A stretch of 64,000 nt of DNA from Chiloscyllium plagiosum (Eukaryota). The stretch is taken from contig NC_057751.1 of the NCBI RefSeq assembly GCF_004010195.1, forward strand, positions 18,135,325 through 18,199,324. Reading direction: 5' to 3'. Within the stretch, counting starts at the first letter, position 1. Every line of letters starts with the position of its first letter. Shown here in pieces: positions 35,980 to 49,095 of this stretch. The notes beneath the pieces are model-generated. The model searched no databases, was not told the origin of the DNA, and saw only the letters and a program-made list of their open reading frames with translations. The position numbers and the translations under genes were made by a program.

Positions 35980-37512
35980 ATAGTTAGTTAGCAGGTAAGC
36001 GGGTCTACAGTAAGTGGGAGGCCTTTAAAAGTGCAATAGTAAGAATTCAAGGTCCATATGTTCATTTGAGGGTGCACGGCAAGGTTGACAGGAATGGCGA
36101 ACATGGATTGCAAGAGATGCAAAGCCTTTTAACAGAAAAAAAACACAGACAATGCTCAGATAAAGGCAGCTGGGGTCAAGGAAAGTCCTGGAGATACATA
36201 GGGGATACAGGAGTATACTGACGAAAAACGTCAGGATTTTGAAAAAGGGGCGCAGAGATAGTCAAGGCTGAAAAGATTAGGATGAAGCCAAGGAGGTCCT
36301 TTCTTGTTTAAAATGTGAAAAAAAGAATAACTGGAGAGAGAATGGGACCCCTCCTGGAACAAACTGAATATATATGTGAACAACCATCAATGAACAATTC
36401 TCCTCTATGTTTACCACGGAGAAAGACATGAAAAATTGGGGAAATTACAGATGATATCCTGGGAACAATCGATATCACGTTGCTATTGTTGGAAGTATTA
36501 GAAAGTATGACGGTAGATACATGCTCTGGTCATGGCCAGATATTTCCAAAAACACTGCAGGAGTTTAGTGAAGAAATTGTGGGGGCGCTGGCTGTAGTTT
36601 TTCCATAATTGTTCAATAAATGAGGTCGTGGTTGACTGGAAGATAGCGAATATTGTGCCATTGTTGAAGAAGGGCTGCAAAGAGAAACATAGGAAATACA
36701 TATCAAGAAGCCTAACATCTGTGGTAGGTAAGTTGCTTGAGAAGATTCTGAAAGACACGATGTCCAAGCATTTGGAAAGACAGGGCATAATTAGGAGTAG
36801 TCACCAAGGCTTTGTGTGTGGGAAATCATGCCTCACACTTTTGTAAGAATTCTTTGATGAAGTAACCAGGAAGCATGACGAAGGCAGAATGGTCGACGCA
36901 GTTAAAATGGATTGAAATAACGCCTTTCATACAATTCTACATGGTAGGCTGTTGTGATGGTCCAATTGCATGGAATCCAGGGCGAGCTGACAAATTGTAT
37001 CCACGATTTACTTAATGGGAGGAAGCAGGATGTAATAATGGCACGTTTTGTTCTGGATTGGATGTATGTGACCAATGGAGTGAGTCACGGATGGTTTTTG
37101 GCTATTACTATTGGTTACCTATATCAGTGATTTAAATGAGAATGTGCAAGGCATTATGAAAACGTTTTCAGATAACACTGAAATAGGTTATATCGTTGAC
37201 CGTGATGAAGTTTTTCAAAAATTGTAGTATGACCTCGACCAGCTGGGAAAATGGAGCGAGAAATGGCAAACGGATTTTCATACAGATAAGTGTGAGGTCT
37301 TGTATTTTGTAAAACAAATAAAGGTAGAAACTTCATGGTGAATGGTAGGGCTTCATGAGTGTACTTCGAGTTCAGCTACACATTTCTCTGAAAGTGGAGT
37401 CACAGGTAGACAGGGCAGTTATGGACCCTTTTGCCACAGGACATTGTTCAGAGAATATGGGAAATTATGTTGAAATTTTAAATGGCTACAGTATTGTGTC
37501 CAGCATTTTTTT

Positions 37513-37815
37513 TAGATTACATTACATTACACTGTGGAAACAGGCCCTTCGGCCCAACAAGTCCACACCGACCCGCCGAAGCGCAACCCACCCTACATTT
37601 ACCCCTTACCTAACACTGCGGGCAATTTAGCATGGCCAATTCACCTTACCTGCACATCTTTGGACTGTGGGAGAAAACCGGAGCACCCGGAGGAAACCCA
37701 TGCAGACACGGGGAGAGCGTGCAAACTCCACACAGTCAGTCGCCTGAGGTGGGAATCGAACCCGGGTCTCTGGCGCTGTGAGGCAGCAGTGCTAACTACT
37801 GTGCCACCGCGCTGC
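37513..37815 (-). mobile_element. Young full-length HE1/V-SINE-type SINE
   Basis: (attac)n tail, V-SINE core and intact tRNA-like head. Confidence 0.92.
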
Positions 37816-38019
37816 CCATTTGTTCCCTTGCTTTTGGAAGAATGATAATCATGTGGAAAGAGTGCAGAATAAATTTACAATAATCTTGCCATTTCTCCAG
37901 TATTAAAGTTACATGGTCAGTTGAGACAAGCTAGGGAATTTGTTTCAAAGCGTAGGACACTGATAGTGGATTTGTAGAAGTGTGTAATATCATAAGAAGC
38001 ATGGATAGGGTGAATGCAA

Positions 38020-38818
38020 TCATAGAGTACATACAGTTGTACAGCATGGAAACAGACCGTTCGGTCCGACCAGTCCAAGCCGACCAGATGTGCCAATACA
38101 ATCTATTCCCACCTGCCAGCACCAGGCCCATATCCCTCCAAACCATTCCTATTCATATACTCATCCAAATGCCTCTTAAATGTTGCAATTGTACCAGCTT
38201 CCACCACATCTGGCACCGCATTCCATACAAGTACCACGCTCTGTGTGAAAACGTTGTCAAGATGGTCCCTTTTATACCTTTCCCCTCTCACCCTAAACCT
38301 ATGCCCTCTTGTTCGGGGCTCCCTAACCCCAGGGGAAGACTTTGACTATTTATCCTATCCATGCACCTCACAATTTTGTACACATCTATAAGGTCACCTC
38401 TCAGCCTCTGACACTCCAGGGAATACATCCCCAGCCTGTTCAACCTCTCCCTATAACTCAAATCCTCCAACCCTCGCAGCATCCTTGTAAATCTTCTCTA
38501 AATCCTTTCAAGTTTCACGACAGCGTTCCAATAGGAAGGAGACCAGAATTGCACGCTATATTCCAACAGTGGCCTAACCAATGTCCTGGACAGCCGCAAC
38601 ATGACCTCCCAACTGCTGCACTCAATACTCTGACCAATAAAGGAAAGCATACCAAAAGCCTTCTTCACTATTTTATCCACCTGCGACTCCACTTTCAAGG
38701 AGCTATGAACCTGCACTCCAAGGTCAACAACATTCCCTGGGGCCTTAACATTAAGTGCATAAGTCCTGCTCAGATTTGCTTTCCCAACATGCAGCACCTC
38801 GCATTTATCTGAATTATC
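38020..38818 (-). mobile_element. CR1/HER1 LINE 3' fragment nested in CR1
   Basis: ORFs 38498-38797 (DLGVQVHSSLKV..LVRPLLEYSVQFWSP) and 38288-38482. Confidence 0.92.
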
Positions 38819-39339
38819 GTGGATGAGAGGGCATCAGTTTAAGTTGAGAGGGGAAAAACTAAAAGGGAAGCAGAGGCATACCGTTTTCATACAGAGGGTC
38901 GTACACATAGAGAATAAGCTGACAGAAGTGGTTGAGTTAGGTCAATCAACAACATTTAAAAAGACTTTTGGACAAATGAATTGATAGGAAAGTTTTAGAC
39001 TTTTATGAGCCAAGTACACATAAATGGAGTTTGACATGCTGGTCGACATGGACCAGTTTGGGCCGAAGTGCCTGTTGTTGTGAATTCGAACGCTCTGGCT
39101 CGATGACATTCCATCAATTGCTTTCTATCACTCTGAAATTAGCTGAAAGGACGTCGTCAAATTCCATTCATATCACTTCGTGCATTACACCTTTTACATG
39201 CTATCAATCACTCCCTATCATAGTCTAAATTATCATATGTCAGTCTGTCATTAGCTGCCCAACATTCAATTACTCCAATAACGTTCGCTGAATCATTTCG
39301 TATTAATCTTTAAATTGCCCCCATGCCGTTGTACCACTT

Positions 39340-41990
39340 ACCCGCTGGCAGAGTTGCATGCCTGATTAGGAAACATTGCGCAGCTACGTTGAGAGAGGAC
39401 ACATCGAAGGGATCTTACAGTGAGACATCATGTGTGGAGTTCAAAAATAGGAAAGATGCATTCACATTGTTGGAATATATTCCATTGAACTTCCAACAGC
39501 TCACGGGAGGCAGAGAAACAGATATGTCGTGAGATACTGAAAAGTTGTGAAACAAAACTGTGAAGTTGTTTTGGGTGACTTCTACTTTCCACTTATTGAG
39601 TGGGAATCCCTTAGAAGCAAGGGGTTGGATGAAGACTAATTTGCTAGATGTCCTCGGGGGGCTTTTGACACAGTTTATTGACAATGCATAAGGAGGAGGC
39701 TATACCCATCTTTATTTTAGGGAATGACCCCGCTGATCAATATTTCAGTAGAAGAACATTTTGGGTTGACTGATCATAACTCCATAAGATTTTCAGTAGT
39801 CATGGACAAGAACAAGTGTGGCCCGTGGGTGAGAGTCCTTAATTGGGCAAGGGTCAGTTACTTTCCCGTTAGGCAGGAACTAGAAAATATGATTGGCATC
39901 AGTTAATTGAGAGAAAATCTACGTCTGGCATGTGAGAGACTTTTAAAGACAAGTTGATAAAAGTGCAGGACATTCATGTCCCTGCAAAACCCAAGGCTGT
40001 AATGGCAAGATTCAGGAACCATGAAATTATCAACTTATCAAAAGGGAAAAAAAATGTAATCTAAAGCTCTGGGCAGCTGCAAACTGACGAAGCCCTTTAG
40101 GGGTATAGATAAATTAGAAAGGAACTTAAATTCTTAAAGGTGCATTAAAATTGTTTGGCAAACAAGGTCAAGGAGAAGCACAACGTTTTCCATGAATATA
40201 TTAGAAGAAAGAGGGTCACTCACTCAAGGAGAAGAGGAGGACATTGGTAGAAATTCTTAGTAAGTATTTTATGTCAGTATTCACCAAGGAGAAGGATATG
40301 ATTGACGTTGACGTCAAGTGATCGTGCATGCATACTCTCGCAAACGTCAAAATGTTGAAGGATGATGTTTTGTTTATCCTAAATTGCAATAAATTTTAAA
40401 AAAAAACGTCCTCAGGGCAACGGACTCTATACCAGATTACTGCAAGATGCAAGGGTAAAACTGATTGGAGAATGAACTGATATCTTCACGTGCTTTTTGA
40501 ATACAGGCGACATTCCAGAGCACTGGAAATTAGTTTTCGAAGAAAATAAATATGGATACTCCCGGAAATTATAGGCCAGTAAGTCTGACGTCTTCGTTGG
40601 GGAAACTCTGGGAAAAGATACTTAGGGACTAGATATATAGACATCTGGACAATAAATAGACTAGTTAGCGGCAGGTAACATCATTTTCTTATGGGGAAGT
40701 TCATGCCTCACCAACTTGACTGAACATTAGAAAGAGGTGTCAATGACTATTGATAAGAGAAGGACTTTGTTTATAGTTAATATGGAAATTACTAAGACAT
40801 TTGATAAAGTCCCACATTGTCCAAAAGTTAAAATCAAATGGGATTCGTGGTGTGCTGGGTAGATGGACACAAAGCTGTCGTGACAATTGAAGAAAGAAGG
40901 CAGTAATGAAAGGCTACTTTTTCAGTGTGTAGACTGGTAAGTACTGGCATTCTAATGGTATCAGTCTTAAGTCTGCAGTTTTATATATATAAAGAGTGTG
41001 TGTGTGTGTGTGTGTGAGAGAGAGACAGAGAGAGAGATTAGTGAATTGGACACAAAATTGGCAAAGACTGGTAAGTACTGGCATTCTAATGGTATCAGTC
41101 TTAAGTCTTCAGTTTTATATATATAAAGAGTGTGTGTGTGTGAGAGAGAGAGAGAGAGACAGAGAGAGAGATTAGTGAATTGGACACAAAATTGGCAAAT
41201 GGAGTTTATTCCAGATAAATGGGAGGTGATGCATTTTGGGGATCAAATTTAGGTGTGAATCCTACTGTCAATGGCAGAACACTTAGAAACATTAAGATGC
41301 AGACGGATCTGGGTGTGCATAGTTCCCTAAAAGATGCAACACAGGCATCCAAGCTGATTAAGAAGGCACATGGCAAGATTGCCTTCATGAGCCAGGGCAT
41401 GAAGTACAAGAGTTGTCAAACCATGTTACAGTGATACAAAACCCTCGTTAGGACACAATTGGAGACGTGAATGCACTTCTGGTGTGCAATCCACCAGAAT
41501 GAAGTCGCAAGTCGGGAGAGATGATATTAGTTTTTCACTAAAATGTTGCCTCATCGTGAGAGCATTGGCTATGAGTGAAGGTTAAAAGGCTAGGATTGTT
41601 TTCACTGAAAAAGAAACGACAGCTGGGAGGAGACCTGATAGAAGTGCACAAAATTATGAGAAGAATAGATCGGGTTGATGTTTTCATTAAAAGAATGCAT
41701 AGGTTCAAGGTGAGAGGGGAAACGTTTAAGGGAAATGTGGAGGTGAAGATATTTATGTAAGGAACGGCTGGAGTCTGGAACACACTGCCAGAGGCGTGGT
41801 GCAAGCAAGCAAGGTGGCGAGAATTATGAGGAATATGGATGGTTACGTACGTAGGGAGGGAATAAAGGGATTATGGATTGAATTTGGGCAGAAGTATCGC
41901 TATGTAATTTAGTTAGGGCAGACCGACCGGTACAGGTTTGGAGGGCATAAGGGCCTCTTCCTTTGCTGTACATTTTTTTGTCCGTTTATA
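39340..41990 (+). mobile_element. Degenerate CR1 ORF2 (endonuclease to 3' end)
   Basis: EHFGLTDHNSIRF, NYRPVSLTS, FDKVPH, DLGVHSSLK, LGLFSLKK and a 3' tail. Confidence 0.88.
40931..41198. repeat. Tandem duplication, 2 x 134 bp, each containing (TG)n(AG)n
   Basis: agactggtaagtactggcattctaatgg...acacaaaattggcaa occurs at 40931-41064 and 41065-41198. Confidence 0.95.
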
Positions 41991-42249
41991 TTTTATTGCC
42001 CATCTTTGTCAAATCCCCTCTTTGTGCCCAATCACTTTTACACATTGCTCTCAGATTCATTGCCATGATGCCCTTTCAATCATTGGGTAAATTACTCACA
42101 TGACACCCTTCAATGATGACTTAACAGTCTGAGCCTGCCCCATGAATTCTATCAGTAAATTACCCCATTACATACCGTGATTCACTCCTTAAAATGCCAT
42201 AAGTTAACCTTAATTTTTATTGTGCGAAAATGTAAAACAATTCATTCAC

Positions 42250-42580
42250 AAAATCAGGGTGTCACTGGTTAAGTCACTATTAATCTTATATACATAATTG
42301 CCCAAATGGCAGTTTAAGAGTTAATAGCATTTCTGTGGATTTCAAGGCACATACAATCCAGACCAGGCAAAGTTCGCAGTTCCCTTCCCTGAAGGGATTT
42401 CGTGAAACAGATGTTTTAAATTCCTCAGATAATTGGCAATGTTTAAACTCTTAATTCCAGGCTTTCATTCAATTCAAATGTAAACAGTTGTCTTGATAGC
42501 ATCCAAACCCAGGTATCCAAAGAATTACCAGGGTCTCTGCATTACAAATCTTACAATAATATCACTGGTCTGTCATCCCT
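42250..42580 (-). mobile_element. Second tRNA-derived SINE family (related pieces at ~17780-17990, 44745-44865 and 46210-46320)
   Basis: taattgccc..ggcagtttaagagt..ccagaccagg..cccttccctgaagg..gtgaaacagatg..aaacccaggt recurs in the window. Family name not assigned. Confidence 0.6.
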
Positions 42581-43414
42581 ACGTGTACAACACCACTCCG
42601 TAAATAACCCTCAGTTATGTCCTATTACTCACTCCTTATCACTGTTATAATTTTTCTAAGTCGCCTTTCCAAGCACTGCATAAAACTCTGCTAATTACTC
42701 ACATGACCTCCTGTTATCAATTCCTTACCAATGTGTAAAACAAACTCTTTTATCAGCTGAATCATGCCCTATCTGCAAGTTACCACGTGGAGCCCTCTAA
42801 ATCTGTCCTTGCCACTCTGTAAATTACCCACGTGGCACACCATCACTCAATGCTGCTCACTCTGTGAATTACCCCTATGGCGCTCCATAAATTCTTCTAT
42901 ATAACTCTGTAAATCATCCCATGTTGTCCAGAAATTACACCTTATCGCAGTGTAAAATAAGCCCATGTTGTCGTTCAAATCATTCCCTATCACTCTCTAA
43001 ATTACCAGAGCACGTCTTCCATGTCATTCCTTGATGCACATTAAGTTACCGCAATTATCCCATATGACTCGGTAAATCACAAGACATTATTCCAAATCAC
43101 TCCATATTAGGCGATTATCTACCCGCAAACAATTCTCACATTTATGCTTGATGACTTTATAAATGATTCCTTGATATCCTCTAAATTATCGCCATCATTC
43201 TGCAAATTACTCCAATTATTTCATATCACTCCCTTGCTATCACTGCAAATTGCCAAATGAAGTCCAATCTACTACTCTGGATCACGATGTAAATTATTAC
43301 AATTACAACCAGTTAATTTCAAATACTCTGCAAATAATCCCCATACATGGCCCTTTAATCACTCCGGCCCATGTTGTATTTGAGCCACTTCGATTCCTAC
43401 TGCACATTGCCTTT

Positions 43415-43600
43415 GATAGGGAAGGACGGCGGCAGCAGCCAGGTTTGATTCGATGCTCAGGTGATTGTCTGCATCGAGTATCCACATTCTCCCTATGTTT
43501 GAGTGGAGCATCCTCGCACAATCCAAAGATGCATGCATGAGCCATGAGAAATACAGGGTTGCAGGTTAAGGGTCATATGCTCCCTCTCAGTCCGTGTCAT
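43415..43600 (+). mobile_element. Degenerate V-SINE-type fragment
   Basis: ccaggtttgattcg..cacattctccctatgt..cacaatccaaagatg. Confidence 0.6.
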
Positions 43601-44274
43601 TCTACGAATTACCTGGGGCTCTGGAGTGCCTGTCTCATCACACGTGCGCTAACTCTTTGTAAAGGACCTCGATGGTGTCCCATCCACCACACACACCATT
43701 GTGCACATACATCCATGTGATGTAATCTAACTCACGGCCTGTGACTATATAAATCACCGTCATGACACCAGTCATTCAATACATAACTGTGTACAAATCA
43801 CCCCACCGTGCCAATTCAATTACTTCCTAATGTTCTTTAAATTCCAAAAGTGTCATTCTGTCAATCTCTCACTGTCACTCTAAGTTATTCCCAATGATAT
43901 CATTAAGTAAAGTAATCCCATGATACCATTTAAATCTCCGTCTCCCTGAAATTGCCCCATGAATTCCTCTAAAACACTCATTTCTACTATTTAAATTATC
44001 CCCAAAACACCGAGTCAATCATTCACTATTACTCTCAAATACACAAAAATGCCCTCAAATTGCATTCCTTATGATACTGTGTATTATTGTCACCTCATCC
44101 TCTAATCCATTCCCGATCTATATGTGAACTACACGCCAAGTTCTGGCAAACACTCCCTCATACTCGAGAAACTAACCTGACGACATCTTACCAAATAATA
44201 CCGTAACTCTGTAATTGCCACTAAATGTATTATTTATTTTTCGCTCTGTGAATTCCTCGCATCATAAAATTAGT

Positions 44275-44530
44275 ACAGTATAGAAACAGACCATTTGATC
44301 CAAAATTTCAAACCAACCCTCGGAAGAGTATCCCACCCAGTTTAGCATGAGCAATTAACCTAACCTGCACATTTTTGGGCTGTTGCAAGAAACCAGAGCA
44401 CCTGGAAGAAGGTTAGGCAGACACGGGAAGAATCTGATAATGTCAGAGTAGCAGTCGCGCAAGGCAGAAACTGAACCTGGGTCCCTGCTGCTGTAAGGCA
44501 AGAATACGAACCTCCGAGTCACCATACCGA
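44275..44530 (-). mobile_element. Old HE1/V-SINE-type SINE
   Basis: tttagcatg..cctaacctgcacat..aaaccagagcacctggaag..gcagacacggg. Confidence 0.8.
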
Positions 44531-44865
44531 CTTGACATCCTGATTTAACCCATGAACTCCAGTTAAGTATTCACAGCCTCTGCTTTATGCGAGGTCCCAA
44601 TCCTCTTTTAATTTCTCAGGCTCTTTTATCAATGAAAGTAAGCTTCAAAACTGAAATCCTAAAGTTAGCACAAGTACTATTTGGCCCAAGGCAAACTGGA
44701 AACGAGATTTAAAAGCAGAGTCCCCTGCTTTCAGAGCACATTCCTTTCATCATTCTTTCAATGGTTGCGGTGTTCGCTGGCAGGACTTTAATTCATTGAT
44801 TGTCCCTCATGGTCATTGAAATAATTTAGTGTTTTTCTCTCTTTTCAGAGGACATTTAAGGGTCA

Positions 44866-46200
44866 ATAGACAATAGGTGCAGGAGTAGACTATTTCTCCC
44901 ATCGAGCCAGACCACTATTCATTATGATCATGCACAATCAGTTTCCTTCTCCTGCCTTATCCCCATAAACCTTGATTCCACTATCTTTAAGACTTATATC
45001 CATCTCTTCCTTGAAAGTATCGACAGGCTTGGTATCTGCTGCTTTCTGGGGCAGTGCATTTCATATATCCACCACTCTCTGGGTGAAGAAGGTTCTCTTC
45101 AACTTGGTTCTAAATGACTTACCCCTTATATTTTAAACTGTATCCTCTGGTTCTGGAATCAATCATCAGCGGAACCATGCTTCCTGCCTCCATAGTGTGC
45201 AATCATTTAATAATCATATACAACTCAATCTGATCCCCTCTCATCTATCTACACCCAAGTGTATACAAGCCCAGGGTCTCCAATCTTTCAACATATGATA
45301 GTCCCGCCATTCTGCGAATTGAACTCATGAACCTATGCTGCACTCCCACAACAGCCAGAATGTCCTTCCACAAATAGGGAGACAAAAACTGCATATAATG
45401 CAGGTGTGGTCTTACCAGGGCCTTGTACAGCGGCAGAAGGATCTTTTTGCTCCTATACTCAACTTATCTTGTTATGAAGGCCATTATGCTATCTGCTTTC
45501 TTAAAATAGCCTGCTGTACCTGCATGCTTCCTTTCATTGACTGATATACAAGAACACTTAGATCTCGTTGCACTTCCCTTTACCCAACTTGACTCAATTT
45601 ACATTGTAATCTGCCTTCCTGTTCTTGACACCAAAGTGAATAACCACATATATATATCCACATTAAGCTGCATCTGCCATACATCTGTTCACTCAACTAG
45701 CTTGTCCAAGTTACCCTGTATCATCATAATATCCTCCTCCCATTTCAACCGCCACACAGCTTTATGTCATTAGCACATTGTCTAATATTTATTTGAATAC
45801 CTTCATATATATCATTATTGTACATTGCAAACAGCTGCGGTCCCAGCACCAAACCTTGTGGTACTCCACTGATCACCACCTGCATTCTGAAACAGGCCCC
45901 TTTATCACTATTGTTTGCTTCCTGTTAGCCAGACAATTTTCCATCCAGCTCAGTATTTTGGCCCAATACCATGTGTCCTAATGTCTCTTACTAATGTCCT
46001 ACGTGCGACTTTATAAAAGGCTTTCTGAAAGTCCAGGTACACCACATCCACCGGTTCTCCCTTGTCCACCTTCGTAATTGCGTCCTCAGAAAAAAATGCA
46101 GAGGATTAGTCAATTACCTTCGTAAATCCATGCTAACCCTGACCTGTCCTGTTACTGCTATCCAAAAGTGTTGTAATTTCACCTTTTATAATTCAATCTT
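44866..46200 (-). mobile_element. CR1 LINE 3' ~1.3 kb, inserted in a SINE
   Basis: Tail atagacaataggtgcaggagtag. The minus-strand RT motif VVYLDFQKAF is at ~46020-46050. Confidence 0.88.
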
Positions 46201-47687
46201 TTTTTTTCGTCTGGAGTCACATGAAGACTAAATTGGGTAAGCATGGCAGATTCGTTTCTCTATTGAAGTCAGGTTGGTATTTATGATATTCAATTCAATG
46301 TGTGCAACATTACTGATCTAGCTGGTAGAACGGGGAAACTTGCGTTTTGTGTTGAGCCAAACATTGTATTGGAGCTAGTAAAGTTATTTTACGAGGTGCG
46401 AAATGGCATGGGATGAGCTGGATGGTAGTAACTAGAGGCAAAGGAATGTGAAAAAGAGTGAGCAAGGATGCGGAGTGATCAAGAGCTGGCGACTACTGGA
46501 GACATCAACGCAATATGGTTTGTCTGGTTAATGCGGTCCACAAGTGATGGTTGACATGTGGAGCTGCAGGTGAAATGGGAGTTGACGACAATGCGGATGA
46601 AGCTGCACCTGATTGTATACACATTATACTGACAGGAATATCAGTTGACAGAAGTTGACGGGATTCCGAGCGCTACACCAGGCTTAAAACTAAAAAAAAT
46701 TGCAGTTCCCGCTCTTTTGCACGGATATTGCGACTGAGATGGAGCAGGCCACACAATAGAGGTAGGGTCCATCCTTGATTAAAAATGTCCATTGATATAC
46801 ATTTCTCCGACAGTCCTCTTCCTCTTGCAGTAATTCATGTTTGGTTTTTCCTGAAAGTGAGAAAATTTTCCTGACTTTGTGCCCAAAACGATTATGCCAT
46901 GTTCATTAGGATTGAAAACACAAAGTATTCAATGACGTTTTCAAATTGAAAAAAATCGAAATCACAAACTGCTGGGCAGTGTCCGTGATGAATTTCTTGA
47001 CCAATTAATTGTTTTGATGAATTGATGAACTGAAGTCAATGAATACTTCTGCACTAATGTGAACCACACTCTGATTTCGATATCCAATTTCTAATTCCAG
47101 CACAATTGTAGTTAGAGATACATGCTATCAAAACATGCACAAACACATCGTAACTTTTGACCAACATAGTTTGAAATTGTCCCAATCTAAGAAATTTCCA
47201 ATAAGGAAATTTTATTCTCTATCTCCTGGTGTCCTTCCACTGCTGTGAGTCCAGAGATTGTTAGTGGTCCAGAAAAATATTCCCTCCGAAAAAGAAACGT
47301 TTCGCAAAAACAAATCACATTGTGTGTCAACGTCAAGCCCTGAGGATAATTGTTTTCTTTTAATCCGGTCAAGGCAAGGCGATCAAGTATGGCGTGATGA
47401 ACTTAGAGCGACTACAAACTGTGAGGATGGTAATGGACAATGACGTTGCAACTCAATCTGTAGGACATGTGATCATATTAATGGAGAACTCAGCATTAAA
47501 AACGTATTACGTCTTGCTGTGAGGCAGGGGGATGACTGTAGCTGAACGAACAAACAGGAAGTGTTTCAGTCATCTGAACACAGGGGAGACAAAAAGGTCA
47601 ATGATTAAACTAAGCTAAGCATTTGCATCACGGTGGTCAGCTAATGATGATGGGACACAAAGGTGAACGAAGAATCAGGAATAAATC

Positions 47688-47922
47688 AGATTAGATTAGA
47701 TTGCTTACAGTGTGGAAACAGGTCCTGCGACCCAACAAGTCCACACCAACTTAACATGGCAATTTCACCTGACCTGCACATTTTTGGACTGTGGGAGGAA
47801 AACGACGTAGACACGGGGAGAATGTGCAAACTCGACACAGTCAGTCGCCTGAGGTGGGAATTGAAGCCGGGTTACTGGCGCTGTGAGGCAGCCGTGCTAA
47901 CCACAGTACCACCGTGTCGCCC
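47688..47922 (-). mobile_element. HE1/V-SINE-type SINE with internal deletions
   Basis: (attag) tail, core and tRNA head. Confidence 0.9.
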
Positions 47923-47924
47923 AC

Positions 47925-48200
47925 AACAGACAAAGGAACGTAAACTGCTGCAAATGGTCAGTAGGTCTGTCAAGCATCCGTGGACAGAAGTCTGTGCTCT
48001 GTTTCACGTCAATTGGCCCTTCCTCAGAACTTTTGGTATCTCTAATATGTCTGCTAAATATATGGAAGATATGGTGCGGGAGTGGCAAGAAGTAAGGTCT
48101 GATGTGTGAGGGTTGGGGTAAAGATACAAGGGAGCTCAAGCCGTAAAGTTGTTGACCTTGTTATTGAGTCCAACCACATCTTTAAATCTTGAGCTCTCAC
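47925..48200 (-). mobile_element. Penelope-like terminal repeat remnant
   Basis: ctgctgcaaatggtcagtaggtctgtcaagcatccgtggacag..., with minus-strand CTGAGGA..GAAAC at 48001-48027. Confidence 0.55.
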
Positions 48201-48399
48201 GTGTCCATCCCACAACCCGCAAACGTTATCACATTGTCTACTAATACACGCAACCCAATGTTAGGAAATCGAGTTTTCCAGTATCAATTAGTTTCTCAGG
48301 CGGTACAATCCAGAAACCCACTAAGCATGAGATAAAATCATTTTCCTCCAATTCCCTCCATAGTTCCTTTCTTTCACTTTTGAATTATGCCGCCTTGTG

Positions 48400-49095
48400 A
48401 TGGATCATTCGACAAAATGTCAAAACTGCATTCAATTCACTCTGTCCATTCCACTCATAATCTTATACGTCTCAAAGGAATCAATCGGAGCTTATCCAGT
48501 GTCACCTTATACCTGAATTGTTCGAAAAAAATGTAACACTCTGGTGAATCTCCGTTGTACCTGCTCCAGAGCAGTCACATTCTTCCTACAATGCAAATAA
48601 CAGAACTGCACACAGGAGTGCAGTTGTCATCTAACCAAACTTCTGAAATGCATGAACATGATATCCCAGTTCTTATAAACAATGGCATGACCGTTAAAGC
48701 AAGTGTACCATATGACTCTTAACTGTCTTATGAATTTGTCTGCCAACTTTCATTGATCTAAGGACAAATGCACCAAAACCAGTAAGTTACTGTGACGCTT
48801 TCTGGTGTCCACCATTAATGGATTTCTGCGTTTGCCACGTTCAAGATTCGAACGTGCAGCGCGTCACATTTATCAAGGTTATGTTCTATCTGCGATTGAT
48901 ACACCCATCTGAACAAACTGTTCATTTCCACCTGCAACCTTACATCTTCTGGTTCACTATCGACCAAAGGTTAATCTTTGCATCTTATTCAAAACGTACT
49001 ATCGATCCTTCCCCCATCAACAGTTCTAACGTACAGCATTTCTGAACACCATAAATAATGAGGGAACATGTGACTCCAGTGGTTGGCCATTTCAA
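48400..49095 (-). mobile_element. Old CR1 fragment
   Basis: ctggtgaatctccgttgtacc..cagaactgcacacag..ctaaccaa resembles reverse CR1 3' ORF2. Confidence 0.7.

Larger units (their letters stand above)
35985..39075 (+). mobile_element. Degenerate CR1 ORF2 interrupted by a SINE and an antisense CR1
   Basis: DWKIANIVPLLKKG..SLTSVVGKLLEKILKD..HQGFVCGKSCLT. The 3' end resumes at ~38820-39075. Confidence 0.85.
42010..44260. repeat. Highly degenerate ~43-bp minisatellite array, interrupted by SINEs, with a further patch at ~39100-39335
   Basis: Recurrent motif aaatcactccctatcactctgtaaattaccccatg, e.g. ccactctgtaaattaccca, tcactctgtgaattacccc, taactctgtaaatcatccc, tcactctctaaattacc. Confidence 0.7.

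Noticed and set aside
46330..46760. Possible Penelope GIY-YIG remnant (minus-strand HFTCSS)
   Set aside because: Too degenerate to support without an alignment.
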